The notes: generated by a model from the sequence alone, not told the origin. 64,000 nt of DNA from Eledone cirrhosa (GCA_964016885.1 OZ024743.1:58466001-58530000), one strand, 5' to 3'; counted from the first letter of the stretch, positions 12,501-29,829 are shown. Program-made: numbers and translations.

Positions 12501-12983
12501 TCTACTGGGACATGCTCCCACATAGTCCCATCGTGCATCTAGGATACCATTCCAGTCCCACACTAAAAGTAAGGAGCGAGACGTTCCCAGAAAGGACTCT
12601 AGACGCTTAAAGAAGTCAGGCCGTGATTGCGATTGCCCGGTCGGGGCATAAACGGCTACCAGTCTGAAGGCTCCACCTCCAATACTGTTCACGTCTAGGA
12701 CTACCAGTCTACCCTCCGGGTCCAAGTGTACTTGCTGTACTTCGACGTCCAGGTTCTTCCGAAACATGACAACCACTCCACCCCCACCTCCTGGCTGACA
12801 GAGAGATGCGTAGATCTCAAAGTCGTCGAAGATGGGGGTTAGTTGCTGCCTGTTGTGGATCCTGAACTCGGTGATGGCTATCACATCCGTACCATGTGAC
12901 CTAAGGTCGTTTAAAAGTTGGCACTGTTTCCAGGGCATCCCTAGGCCACGCACATTCACGCTTCCAACTCGTAAACTAGCCAT
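9574..12983 (-). pseudogene. Tx1 ORF2 (APE-RT); first 672 codons open, then frameshifts and a disrupted YADD region
   Basis: KSPGLDGLPYEFY, LDQSKAFDRVDH, SIRQGCPLS, CPRC..ETVLHAIVHC. Confidence 0.93.
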
Positions 12984-13024
12984 GTTGGTGAAGAAGAGTT
13001 GGTGAAAAAGGGCGAAAGGTGCAC

Positions 13025-14896
13025 TTACCTTTTCGTTTCCTGGAGATCGAGTTGTTCAATCTCCATTTGGGTGCTGGATGGGGTGTTGGGTGGGGTGGGG
13101 AAATATTTTAACAGGACGCGGTTGATGGGTTTCTTGCAGGGGTTGCCCACGTCCTGTGAACATTTATTGTTTAGGTCATTATAGGTTTCCATAGAAACCC
13201 TTATAAGTTTAAGGTGTGGAGACGATTCTGCCTTGACGAAAGTTTTGCCCTCCGTCTCCACCTTGGGGTATTGGGAGATGACCTCCATCAAATCCTTGCT
13301 ATTTGTGTTGATATATGCGTATTGTTGTTTGTGTTTTTGTTGTGTTGTTTTAGTTTGTTGTTCGTCCGGAAGTTTTCTTTTTATGGTGGGTGCTTGTGTT
13401 TGGGGTGGTATTGGTGTTGGTTTTGCTGATAGGAGGATGTTTGACTGTGGTGTTGTTTGTGTTGTTGTTTGTGTCTGTGGTTGTGTATTGGTCTTGGTTA
13501 TTGGAGTTTTGGGGGTTTTGTGGTGTCCCTTTTTTTGTTTTTTAGATTTCCGCGGCTCTCCCTCTTCTTCACTTAAAGAAGGAGAAGCAGCTTCATCCGT
13601 CGATGAATAATCATCGTCAGGTGTGTGGGGTAGGGGTATGTTGTGTGGTGGTAGTGTTTGATGGAGTGGGATGGGGTGGGGCTGTGTCCTTCAGGGGTGT
13701 TGTCTCTGTTTTTTCTGTTGTTGTTGGTTGAGTGTCTGTTTGTTTTGGTGTGGTTGTTCGTTTCGTCTGTCGTTGTACTTGTGGTGGTGGTGGTTGTTTT
13801 GGTGTTGGTGTTGGTAATAGTGTTTTTTTAATGATGTTGTTGTTGTGTATTTGTGAAGGGCAAGAGGCTTTTAGGTGTGCTGTGCTACAACATCGAAAGC
13901 AATGAAATTTTCGTCCTTCTACCGAAATGTTTATTTTGTTTTTGTCATCGATGACGACTTTTTCGGGTATTTTGGAGATTCTCTCCGACCTCATTTGCAA
14001 CAGAATCTCCAAATCAGTACCCGCCCACCTTTGTCGAATAGACTTTCGTATCGAAAGAATCATATCAGTTTCTGGCTCTACGAAGCCAGCCAAGATGTTA
14101 ATGTTTGGGGGTATATTTTTTATTTTTATTTTTTGTGTCCTTTTTCCCATGTATATAGGGAAAAAGATGAATGCTTTTGACACTATTGGTGTCACAGAAT
14201 GTTTTTGGGCGAGTGCCTCGCTTTTAAACAGTACGGAAACACTTCCGTATTGTTTTCCTCGTTGGAGAAAATCGATATTTGCTAGAATTTCCTTGAAAGT
14301 AACATCTATATCTGCTTGACTAACAAATATCGGCTTCCTCGTGGAATTGGACACAGTCTTCCTTTATTTCAAGGGGTGTCTTCCTTTATTTCAAGGGGTG
14401 AGTTAATTCTAAACCCACCATTCTCTTCGAAAGTTACACATGTTCTCCCTTGCTGGAGCATATCTCTTGCATTGGAGATGTCCAGATTTATAAAATCTTG
14501 TTTTTTGTTCACTGTGTCAGCGAAAGACATTTTCTTTTTTTGTGTGGTGTTGCTGTTGTTGTTGTTATCGTTGTTAGCCTCGGTGTTGGAAATCTCAGTT
14601 CATTGACGAGGTGAAACTTTATGTGTAGATGTATCTGTGGAGTTGTTAATGTCTTTTTCATGTGTATGTATGTTAATAGGTTTAATGTCTGTGTTTTCAT
14701 GTGAGTTAGTGTTATTTTTCTCCGCTTCAACGGTAGAAATTGTACAATTTTCGAGTGGTAACATTTTTTCCTCTTTGTTGACAGTCGTATCTATGGCGAC
14801 GTCCATAGTAGCAGAAGCAGATATAATGTTAAAATCTGCCTCTTTCTCTCTCTTTTCTCTATTGACGTTCTCCAGCGTTCTCTTCGTGTTATTCAT
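13025..14896 (-). pseudogene. Tx1 ORF1, interrupted
   Basis: CFRCCSTAHLKASC knuckle; 22-bp tandem duplication at 14357-14400; Thr/Pro-rich linker. Confidence 0.8.
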
Positions 14897-15013
14897 GTTT
14901 TATAGTTTGCAAAATTTGATATTTTAAAATGGGATTACCACCCAGCTGACAATTCAGCTTGGGGGTTAATCTACAAAATAATATGTTTTTACAAACAATT
15001 TGTTCTGTTTTTC

Positions 15014-15176
<163 letters not shown>

Positions 15177-17099
15177 GACTCCAATATCTTACTCGATCGC
15201 TATATATCGACCTCTGAAAGATGAAAACTAAAATTGATCTCGACGGGATTTGAAATCGGTGCGCAATGTGCCGGAACAAATAGCCAAATATATTTATTCC
15301 AACGCCCCTTAACCAATCTGAAATTTCCTCGCCTTCGCATTTTAAACATCAGAAAAATATATCATATTTATGACTTTGAGAGTAATATCCTCTTATATCA
15401 TGTTGCAACAAGAATATTTTTAAAAATAGATATTTCTTCCTGCCAACTTGCTGATTAGATTACGTTATATCTTAGTACAACCGATGATTTTATGTAACAG
15501 CAGCACTTATATAATTATAATAATTAGTTATTAACTAATGATAATTACACCTTTAATGTCTCAGCTTCATTTTAGGCATCACAAAGAGAGACATTCTGAA
15601 AATATATTAATTTATAGTGTGTGGCAAAATAGTCATTAATAACCACGTAGTTTGACAAGGAATACCAGAAAATGAGGAATAAAGGAGGTGAATTTAAAAG
15701 AGCTCTGTTCAAACAACCCCTTAATATGCTCTCTTGATATTTATTTTATGAACAGAAGTAGATGAAAACATACTGAAACAGTTTCCTCTGTCTCTCCATC
15801 ATTATCTCAAACCCTAATCTTCTCATCCGTGTAAAATAAAAATGTATTGATACAATTGTCAGTGATGTACCAGATTTCTTGTTCTTAGAATGAAGGTTTA
15901 TATTAAATATTAATATGTACTGAATATATTTCCATCTACGTAACTTTGATACGGAGTAAAGAATTGTTAATAAGAAAGAATATATGCCTCAAAACCAATG
16001 ACAATATACATTTATACTGAAATATCAGAGAAGCTTCATTTATCTTAGGCATCAATAACAAGTTGCACAATACATAACGCCCACATAGAAAACCAGCACC
16101 TGCCACAAGCAAACTCTTGTTAGCACATTGTTGTGAGATGTTATAGATGTATGATATATTTCTTTATGATTTTCCCAATTAGTGCTAACCCTACACGTTA
16201 AAATACAGGTGATAGAGTATTTAATTCTGTGAATATATTAAAGACCCACGCATGTTTTATATCTGATTTGCCTATCCTGCAATAGTATTCAATATTAAAA
16301 TCTTCAGCAAAATCCTAAATTGAAACTGTAATAACATAGTTTTTAATGAAGAATTGAACGTCGTAGGTTCAAACGTTCACTCTGCTTGGTATCTTGGGCA
16401 GGTGTCACATACAATAGCTTTCAGTTGACATAATCCATGTGAGCGAAATTGTGTATGTCGAAAATGTTCGGTAGCCCGTCAGATAGACTGCACCTATAAA
16501 TCAATTGGTCGGCCCTGTAACACACAGTGTTGTTATGCTAAATGTTTCTCAGTATTACGGTAGAATGGCCCGGACACTTCTAAATTGATTTCATGGGTAG
16601 GGCATCCCGTTCATGGAACAAGCAGAACATTCAATATCAAAACCGGAAGAGGTCCATTTCATTTCATTCTGTGATACATTGATTCTTATGATAGTTTTAA
16701 ATCATAATGTTGAACAATTTTATATTATGTTGGAAAATGTAAAATTGTTGAACAATGTTAAATAATATTGAACAATATTTTTCAAATTTGGTAACAAAAA
16801 AATCATTATTTTTATTCATGTTAGTATCTAGTGACATAATCATAATTAATTGTTGCTATTATTTGGCTCTGTGCATACGCATTTAGCTTTAGCTATGACG
16901 TATATAGATATGGGCATATGGGTTTATGGCTGTGAATGTACGAATTTGAGGTAGGGTGTACGGCTCATTGTCTCAAATTTTCAGTGATGCATTTGGAGTA
17001 TTAATGTTTGTTTTTGTGTAAATCGAGTACGGAAAACAGATAATGAAGATCGTTACCTGAGAGCTTATTGGCAGATATATATCTCAAAAACAAGGTATG

Positions 17100-17410
17100 G
17101 TCCATCCATAGCTTAGTGGTTAGAGTGTTTGGATCAAAATTGTAAGGTCGTGAGTTTGATTCTGGACAGTGCATTCCTCTGTGACCAAGATATTTTATTT
17201 CATGTTGCTTCAGTCCACTCAACTGGCAAAATCAGTTGCAATTCAAAGTGTCAACATTTTTACAAATTGTGTCATGCTGAATCTCCAATGAGAATTATGT
17301 TAAGTGTACACGTACCACTTGAATCCTTGTCCATTTTCACGTTAATTTAACGAGGTGGCTGTTCCGTTGTTCAAAAATCAGTTAAAGCACCTTATAAGCG
17401 ACGAAGATCC
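17100..17410 (+). mobile_element. tRNA-derived SINE (family 2)
   Basis: tagcttagtggttagagtg A-box, gagtttgattc B-box, body similar to reverse complement of 52920-53292. Confidence 0.65.
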
Positions 17411-18009
17411 AAAAATTACAGCAACCTTCAAAATCAATTCGTTTTGTATTTTATTAGATACGAAATCCATGTAAGATTTTATTTTCTAGTAGATGAATCT
17501 AATAGATGTCGCAGTGAATTGAAATCAGGACAATATGAGAAAACAAAACTGTCTTAAACTAAAGTCGGGAACAGAATCGGTCATTACATTTGATAAACAA
17601 TATTTTAAATTGGACATGACGCACTAAGTTCGGAAAATCTTTGTAAGGTGCAAATGAAATATTTTGAGGTTCAGAAGAGATGAAAGTACTGCCATCAATC
17701 GTTCAATCAAATGGACATTTAAAGAAATGGAAGCATTGTGGAACGAATTCTTTTTATCTCTTCATTTATTTAAAAATTTACTCTCCATTTACACAAGCAG
17801 TGCACATAACCTGGATATATACAATTGCAGTACATGAACACACATACAATGATATGCAAACATCAACTTAAATTCGCATAAACACACTCACTCACAAGCA
17901 AACCCCCACACACATTCACATAAATACACATACACACATACATTCACATAAACACACATATATACATACACACAAGCACGCACCAACACACTCACACACA
18001 CCTGCAAAT

Positions 18010-20917
18010 TACGGTAAAGACTCTGGAACTCTGAGAAAAAAGATTAAAAGTGGACAATCTCGCCAACATAACATACGCTAGATATTCCTTTGACCAGACC
18101 ATGAGAAGTAGAAAAACCAGGAGATCATTCTCAAGAGAGACTACTCACAAGGAACGGGAAAACAATCGTAGAATAAGCAGATTCCTTTCAAGATATCAAC
18201 AGAGATTACCCACACAAAACTAGGCAAAAAAACGATCTAAACCAGAAAGCACACCTAGGTCATTTTCCCAGATTGTTAAAAATAATTCTAACAAGAAATG
18301 GAAAAATAATATACATAATACCAAAAATAGAACAAAAAACATAACGAAACTGAATATAATATCAGGACTAAAAGTTCATCAAGCAAACACCAACAGGAAT
18401 ATAAATTCTGAACAGAGAAAAATCCATTTTTTTACGTCAGAACAACAAAAACAGGAAAAATAAAAACTCCAGCAGGAAACATACCCAAAACAATTGAACA
18501 CGTAGATCCTAAAATAATTAATTTATCCAAAAGAGATCTTGACAATGATGAAATGCAAATTCTGTTAAAAGGACGAAATTCACACCGACTCCAACAGTCA
18601 ACCACCAAGAACTAAAGGAGGATACCCAAGAATTCTGTCGTAAATTACAACTTGTAGAATTCTTCGCCGATAAAAGTAATGAGAGTGATGAATCACTAGT
18701 AAAGAATAAATCAAATTTCATCCGCCAAAAGGAATAAATATCTATCTCGACCAACACATTGATATCGTCTAAATTTTCTCTTAGACGTAATACTAATTTT
18801 AGGCCAAACATAACCAAATAGGAAATATCTGCACTTAAACGTATACAAAATGATTAAACAATAATAATTAAACAAGCAGATAAAGGGGGTGCAATTGTTA
18901 TAATGGATGCTGAATACTACAAAGATTTGGTTGAGGAACAACTGAAAGACACATTCTACAATGAAATACCGTCAAATATAGACCACAACATCATGAAGAA
19001 GATCAACAACCTGGCTTCAAAATACTACAACTCACTTACTGATAATGAAAGAGACTACATCACCAATTTTGAGCCAAAACCAAGCAGTGATTCCCACCAG
19101 ATTCACAGTGTGATTTATATTAGATGCAGGCAGACTTAATCGGGAAAACAACACATTCTTCTTCAATGGAAAGAATTACATCCAAATTAGAGGCACGGCG
19201 ATGGAAACGAAGATTGCTTTGCTCCTGTTTACGCGAACTCTGTAATGGGAGACATAGAACAACAACTCTACCAAGAAATAGAGGAAAAATATAGCACTGA
19301 ATTTAGAAAATACATTGAAAAGTCTTGGAAGAGATACCTTGACGATTGTTTCATCATCTGGACAGAATCTCTAGATACTCTGGATGAGTTCAATAGCCTC
19401 CTGAATAACCCACACCCATCTCTCCAATTCACAAAAGAGATGAGTAGTACCAAATTACCATTCCTAGATATAATAGTAATCAAAAACGACACCACCATTA
19501 CCACGGATATATACTATAAACACACAGACAGCCATCAATATCTGAATTTTAAGTCGTGCCATCCACCTCATACAAAACGTAACATCCCATACTGCCTAGC
19601 CAGAAGAATTTGTACCATTGTATAAGATACGAATACCAGGAACAAACGCCTCACAGAACTGAGAGAATTTTGCTCAAACAAAAATACCCATCTCTACTTA
19701 TAGAAAATGGCATACAGCGGGCTATAAAAATACCTATACAACAACTTAGGACAACCCAAGGAAGAAGAAACCAAGAACTGGTCATACCATTTATAATGAC
19801 ACACAACCCATGTCACCAGAATATCTTCAACACTGCCAAAGCAAACCTACCGATCATTGCTCAAGGTAATGAATTAAAAGGTTTAATCACAGACCGAGTT
19901 CTGGTTCTTAGTAAAAGACAGCCGAAAAATTTGAAACAATTACTAACAAAGGCAAAATTTGACCTTAACAACAAAGACCAATCATTCACTGTATCTAAAT
20001 GCAATGATAGTCGATGTGGTACATATCAGTTCATACATACTGGTCAATATATGAACACAAAATGGAAAAATATTCCCAAATGCAAATATGAACTACAAAA
20101 GCAGAAATCTAATTTATTGCATTAAATGCCCGAATTGTGAAGAACTATATGTCGGTCAAACTGGAAATGCACTATCGGAACGTGCACGGGTGCACCGACA
20201 CCAAATCAGAGACCCAAATGTCCGTTAGATACCCCTGAGTAACCATCTAGCAACATGTGGTCAGAAAATATTTATAATATTTCTATTCTACAAACTACAC
20301 AGCCCAAGTGAAATCAAGAGAAAAATTAAAGAAAAGAATTTTATTGATAAATTTCAACCCAAGCTAAATGAACAATAATAATGCTTAGGGGTATTACTTC
20401 TACTATGACTACGCCTACGACTATGTCGACTACCACCACTAGCACAACAACAATAATAAAATAAAAGTGATGTTGATGTTGATGATTACTGAAGATTTTT
20501 TATAAAAAATAGAAAATGCTATTTTCATCATTTCGAAAAATAGCAAAACAATTGATGCTTTGGATAGGATCAAATAGAAGTCGTTAGATATGCTTAACCA
20601 ACCGTGACGCCTAAACCAATCAGCTTTAGTAATCTAGTGAAACCACACACCGATTGGTCGAAATACAGTTTGCAAAACTTTGCATTTTGCAGCCCCTTTT
20701 GATTGTATATAAGGCAGATAATTTAGCCATGTCATTACAGTTGAAAATTGCAAATTTGACTGTCACCAATGAATATTAACCTGAAGATTGCGATAGCATG
20801 AGAATGCTTGTTCAATTAACATTTAATATTCTACCATACTATTTCATTATAATATCATTAAATTTTAAAGGATTGTAAATAAAACGAGTAAATCAGACAA
20901 GGTTTGAATTCCTTTTA

Positions 20918-20920
<3 letters not shown>
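18010..20920 (+). mobile_element. Penelope-like element, Neptune type (RT + GIY-YIG), decayed with internal deletion
   Basis: KFTPTP, IKQADKGGAIV, WKRYLDDCFIIW, YYKHTDSHQYLNFKSCHP, NCKSRNLIYCIKCPNCEELYVGQT; degenerate HHR-like CTGAAGA at ~20781; 3' end at (TA)n; 5' boundary approximate. Confidence 0.88.
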
Positions 20921-24450
<3,530 letters not shown>

Positions 24451-24552
24451 TTCAGTATTGGTTAAAAATCCTTTTGACTGAAGAGTGCTCGATTTAAAAG
24501 GGCTGGAAGATGCCAATCTCATAAAAATGTAGAATATGCTACGATCATTCCC

Positions 24553-24612
24553 TTGGGAACTGTATAAGTATTGAAGTTTCCGTTGAAACAATTTTCAACG
24601 GAAACTTCAATA

Positions 24613-24617
<5 letters not shown>
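24553..24617. repeat. Short fold-back at the Naiad 5' side
   Basis: gtattgaagtttccgttgaaa / tttcaacggaaacttcaatac. Confidence 0.85.
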
Positions 24618-24650
<33 letters not shown>

Positions 24651-24664
24651 TATATATATATATG

Positions 24665-26197
24665 AATAGATCTGGAAGCTCAAACTTGAAAAGACCCCGC
24701 ACTCTCTGGTCTGGTCCGTGGTTAGAAAGGTTCCCCCAGACAGAGGTGGGTCTGGTATTTGCAACCTCTGTCTTAGAGAGACACTTGAGATACTTCATGG
24801 CGGAACCAAACTATTAAACAGAAGGGCCGACTTATTCGGCGTCTGCAGACACCACCTAAGGACGGGAACTTTCCTCAAGCTATATGGATAAACCCCGATT
24901 CTGTCCTCCCACAAGCCCCCCCCCCCCCCCCTGTAGGTCCCCTACACCCCGCACCAATGACCAATGGACTACAACCACCCAAGATTTGTGGTCCCTACGG
25001 TGGATTGTCCACCGGATCCGCTTCTGGTTAGGAGGCAACAAAACCTCGTTTATTGAACCTGAGGACCCCCCCCTCCCGGGAGTGGCCCACACAGGAAGAA
25101 CAATCATACCAAGGCACTAACCCTATACACATGAATGAGTGCCCGCAACCGTTCATAGTGTGTATGCAGACATACTCCTGAGCATAGTGTATGATTGAGG
25201 GGGGGGGTTGTATATGCTCTCTTGTATGAGTGCACATGTGTATATAGACATACACGCGCATCCAGAGGTATAAAAGTGTGGCTGGGTATGTGTATCTGAA
25301 AAAGGGATTCGCCTAAGCTCCAAAGCCCCCAAACTATTGCTGTGAAGATATATATCACATTCTACTTTGTCTAGTCTAAACAATAACTTTTCCAAACACC
25401 CACTTTACTTTTCTTTAAAAATAACACCCACCTACTTTTATGTCTGCCCTATACTTGGATTTGGGGGCCTCTGTCGTATATATATATATGCACTTGTGCG
25501 TCCATGTATATATATACACACCTGTATGGATCTGTGTGTGTGTGTCTGAGGGGGTAGGTGTGAGTGTATGTACAAGTCAACCAACATTGGTCTTTTTATT
25601 TCTAAACTCTCTAAGTATTTGACTCTTACCATAATTTTCAGTATTATCACCCCAGATAAATTCCTCAATTTGTATGTGTGGATCTGTGTGTGTGTCTGTG
25701 GGGGTGGGTGTGAATGTATGTGCAAGTCAACCAACATTAGTCTTTTCATATGTAAATTTTCTAGTATTCTACTCTAACCATAAATTCTTCAATTTAAGAT
25801 TGATCTGTAATATTGAATTTCATGCTATAAATCCAATTGAATATATATCTGACCAGGAATGCTTTTTGTGAAAATCAGTCATATGGAACTATTGTCATCT
25901 TGCCTGATGGTTTGGACTTTACAACACCACCTGCCTCTTTGAGGTCAAATACCAACCTACTACCATCTACACACTGACCAATAAGAATTAAGATTATTCC
26001 TGCTGACAGCATTAAATTATTCCTAACAAGCTCATATGTCCCAAGGCTCTGATACAATCAACACCATAAATAGAGAGCTGGCATATCTAAGAACTGACTA
26101 ACTGCCTGATGAGGTCATAACCACTTAATGGCTATCATCCAAATATATATAGCAGTAAATAAAGGATTATGAGTTCATGCAATTGACTTATGTTTCG

Positions 26198-26200
<3 letters not shown>
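24665..26200 (+). mobile_element. 5'-truncated Naiad-type PLE with 3' UTR and degenerate HHR (26101-26156)
   Basis: EN fragment, then UTR, then ACTGC CTGATGA ... CAAA TATATA TA GCAGT; both ends in (TA)n. Confidence 0.65.
24670..24891 (+). pseudogene. C-terminal GIY-YIG fragment of a second Naiad-type PLE (absent from ORF track)
   Basis: My translation: IWKLKLEKTPHSLVWSVVRKVPPDRGGSGICNLCLRETLEILHGGTKLLNRRADLFGVCRHHLRTGTFLKLYG*; aligns with C-termini at 22487, 31633 and 39235. Confidence 0.85.
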
Positions 26201-26249
<49 letters not shown>

Positions 26250-26255
<6 letters not shown>

Positions 26256-26470
26256 TAACAGATTAAAGTTTAAGCAAAGAATCGCTGCTTTCACCCTCAA
26301 CGGGATCTTCTGAAGATCCCGTTGAGGGTGAAAGCAGCGATTCTTTGCTTAAACTTTAATCTGATATTTTAATAAATATTTGCTCTACGGTTCTTATATA
26401 TTTGATATATATTTATTTATATCGAACCCTCTTTGGATTTTAGTCTTCAAATTTATTATTATTACTATAT
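26250..26470. mobile_element. Fold-back pLTR-like element, family C
   Basis: Palindrome centred on 26311 with ~60-bp arms; CTGAAGA tccc gttga gggt GAAA on the right arm; second copy 42247-42410, tail fragment ~35410-35475. Confidence 0.75.
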
Positions 26471-26690
26471 AGCCGTCGAAACGGCTTGAGCTCTGCCATC
26501 GGGGTCATACTTTTTCCGATTTTCCATTCTACAACACTAAGTATTGGTGCGTTATGGTCCATTTGGTTCTCTGGTGCGTTATGGTCCATTTGGTTCCTTA
26601 CCACAATTCCTTTGTTATATATATATATATATATATATATACTGGTGCGTGTGTTTCTTATGGGCAACATGACCCTCCCAAAGTATAACA

Positions 26691-26775
<85 letters not shown>

Positions 26776-26777
26776 TA

Positions 26778-26849
<72 letters not shown>

Positions 26850-26854
<5 letters not shown>

Positions 26855-27184
26855 GTGAGGTTTTTTTTACAAAATGAAAAATAACCGAGGTGTCCTACAC
26901 GAGTGGAAGTATAAAGAAAAAGAGATGAAATCGAAAATGCAACTGAAGTCTTATTTTTTTTTTAAATATATATATTTATTTGGTTCCTTTACCGGTTTCG
27001 CAGTTCTTCTGCTTTTCAAAAGGTGAGTTGAGATGGAGGGTCTGTGAGAAAAACCACAGACCCTCCATCTCAACTCACCTTTTGAAAAGCAGAAGAACTG
27101 CGAAACCGGTAAAGGAACCAAATAAATATATATATTTTTAAAAAAAATAAGACTTCAGTTGCATTTTCGATTTCATCTCTTTTT

Positions 27185-27190
<6 letters not shown>
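26850..27190. mobile_element. Fold-back element, family A
   Basis: Arms ~26910-27046 and ~27055-27190; left arm has ~60 extra 3' bases; HHR 27078-27115 (+); (TA)n on both sides. Confidence 0.85.
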
Positions 27191-27260
<70 letters not shown>

Positions 27261-27590
27261 ATATATATGTATGTACATATCTCTCTCTCTCTCTTTCTCT
27301 CTATATATATATAGGGAATTTAACTTGGAGTTACTGTAGGTTCACCCGGGTGAGCAGTCGATGTTTAGGTTCACTTCTGTGTCGAGTGTGTCCGTCGAGG
27401 GCTTCGTCGAACTGCAGATTACAGAGTCAGGTAAAGATCGATACAGATCTAATCTTGAGCTGATCAGTGGCGAAACGCGCGTCACCAACCAATAAATGTA
27501 ATGAAGGATTAACCAATCGTCCTTGTTATCTTTTCAATATATATTTACATATATGTATAAATTTATATATATGTATGTATATATTTATAT

Positions 27591-27638
<48 letters not shown>

Positions 27639-27761
27639 CTATTTATGTATGTATATATTATATATGTATATACATGCATGCAAATATATATGTATGTATG
27701 TATGTATATATATATATATGTGTGTATATTTATGTATGTATATATATATATGAAAAATATA

Positions 27762-27807
<46 letters not shown>

Positions 27808-27811
27808 TATA

Positions 27812-28697
27812 TTTGGGATGTGTCTCTCGTCTTCTCGTCAATATTCGCAAGTTCTTATGTTCAAATGAATCAATGACTTGATCTTCTCACGTTTTCTTCT
27901 CTTTACGTTGCCTCGCCATTCACGTTTCTTTACCTGTCTCTCTTTCTCCACCCAAATCTTTTTATCCCCAAACTTATTTTAATTATTGTTCCCGCTTGCC
28001 TGAGGTATCTGGTTTTTAATGCTAAGAAATACCTATGATGGCTAGTAGATCACTGATGATAGATAGTCCTATTTCTTATTCTTCATTTGAATTTGTATAT
28101 CACAATGCAACAACACAACACGCCATTTTTCATTCCTATATGCTTTCCCCTTCGCTGTGACCTGTCTTTTTCTCTTCCCTTATTGTTATCCTCTTTCTCT
28201 CTCCCTCTTCTCTCTCCTTCTTCCTCTTACTTTCATTCACCCCCTCTGCTAGTCACCCTCTCTCTTTCTCACACTTTCACTCACTCACTCTCTGCTACTG
28301 ACCCTCTCTCTCATTTCCTCCATCGTTCCACACCGGGCGTAATTCTTTCCTCGCTTACTTTCGCATGGTTGGGACGTGTCTCTCGTCTTCTCGTCAACAT
28401 TCGCAAGTTCTTATGTTCAAATGAATCATTGACTTGATTTTCTCATTTTTTCATCTCTTTACGTTGCCTCGCCATTCATGTTTGATTAGCTGTCTCTCTT
28501 TCTCCACCCAATTCTTTTTATCCCAATTACTTATTTTAGTTATTGTTCGCGCTTGCCTGAGGTATCTGGTCTTTAATGTGAAGAAATACTTATGATGGCT
28601 AGTAGATCACTGATGATAGATAGTCCTATTTCTTATTCTTCATTTTAATTTGTATATCACATATGCAACAACACAGCACGCCATTTTTCATTCCTAT
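27812..28697 (+). repeat. ~330-bp direct repeat pair (27812-28140, 28369-28697) between (TA)n tracts
   Basis: ttggga..gtgtctctcgtcttctcgtc ... ccatttttcattcctata present twice; strand arbitrary. Confidence 0.85.
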
Positions 28698-28716
28698 ATA
28701 TATATATATATATATC

Positions 28717-28796
<80 letters not shown>

Positions 28797-28881
28797 TAAG
28801 TTATTCCGGGTTGAATCGGAGGTAACCACAGTAAGTAAGGTACTCAATACATAGCAGAGTATACAAGTTTTAATATAGATG

Positions 28882-28932
28882 AGATTCTACAGGACTAGAA
28901 CTGTTTCAATCTTTAGAAATCATCAGGAATCT
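28882..28932 (-). ncRNA. Type I hammerhead ribozyme
   Basis: AGATTC CTGATGA tttctaaagatt GAA ACAG ttctagtc CTGT A GAATCT. Confidence 0.75.
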
Positions 28933-29484
28933 GGCTGTCCAAAATAAATGTTGTGGTATTTATATCTTTTCTGGTGGTAGGAGAGGGTGGGAGTTTGATG
29001 GGTGGAGGTCATTGGTTGAAAGAAAAGGGAATTCATTAAAAGCTAATTCTTTAAGGCTATAATTTATATTGAGAGTGACAAAGGCAAAAAGAATTCTATA
29101 AACAAGTTCAAATTGGGGTGCCACTCCATATTTTTAAGTTTCTCTTAAGCTAACAATGCTTATATTTCAGGTGTCTATAAGATGGTTGGTGGTCGGTCAT
29201 GGTTGATGGATTTAAAGCAAAGTGAAATTGTTTAAAAGCTAATTCTTTAAAGCTCTACTTAGAGTGACAAAGGCGAAGAGAATTCTATAAACCAGTTCAA
29301 ATATTGGGTGCCTATCATTATTGTCATGTTTCTCTTAAGCTATGCTATATTTCAGGTGTCAACGAACAATTTCACATACACACACACATACACACACACA
29401 CACACACATACACATATACTATATATATACAAACACATCTACACATATACACATATACATAACTACATAAATACACATACACAA

Positions 29485-29530
<46 letters not shown>

Positions 29531-29772
29531 GTGTATATATATATATATATATATACACATATATATATACATATATATACATATATATATACACACACAT
29601 ACATACATGTATATATATATATATATACACATATATACATATATATATACATATATATACGCACAGACATATAGAAATTTATATATATATATATACACAC
29701 ACATACATGTATATATATATATACATATATACATATATATATACATATATATATACGCACAGACATATAGAC

Positions 29773-29829
<57 letters not shown>

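Noticed and set aside
15640-16150. Short open minus-strand frames in unique sequence that might be exons
   Set aside because: No clear paired splice sites or recognisable protein motif
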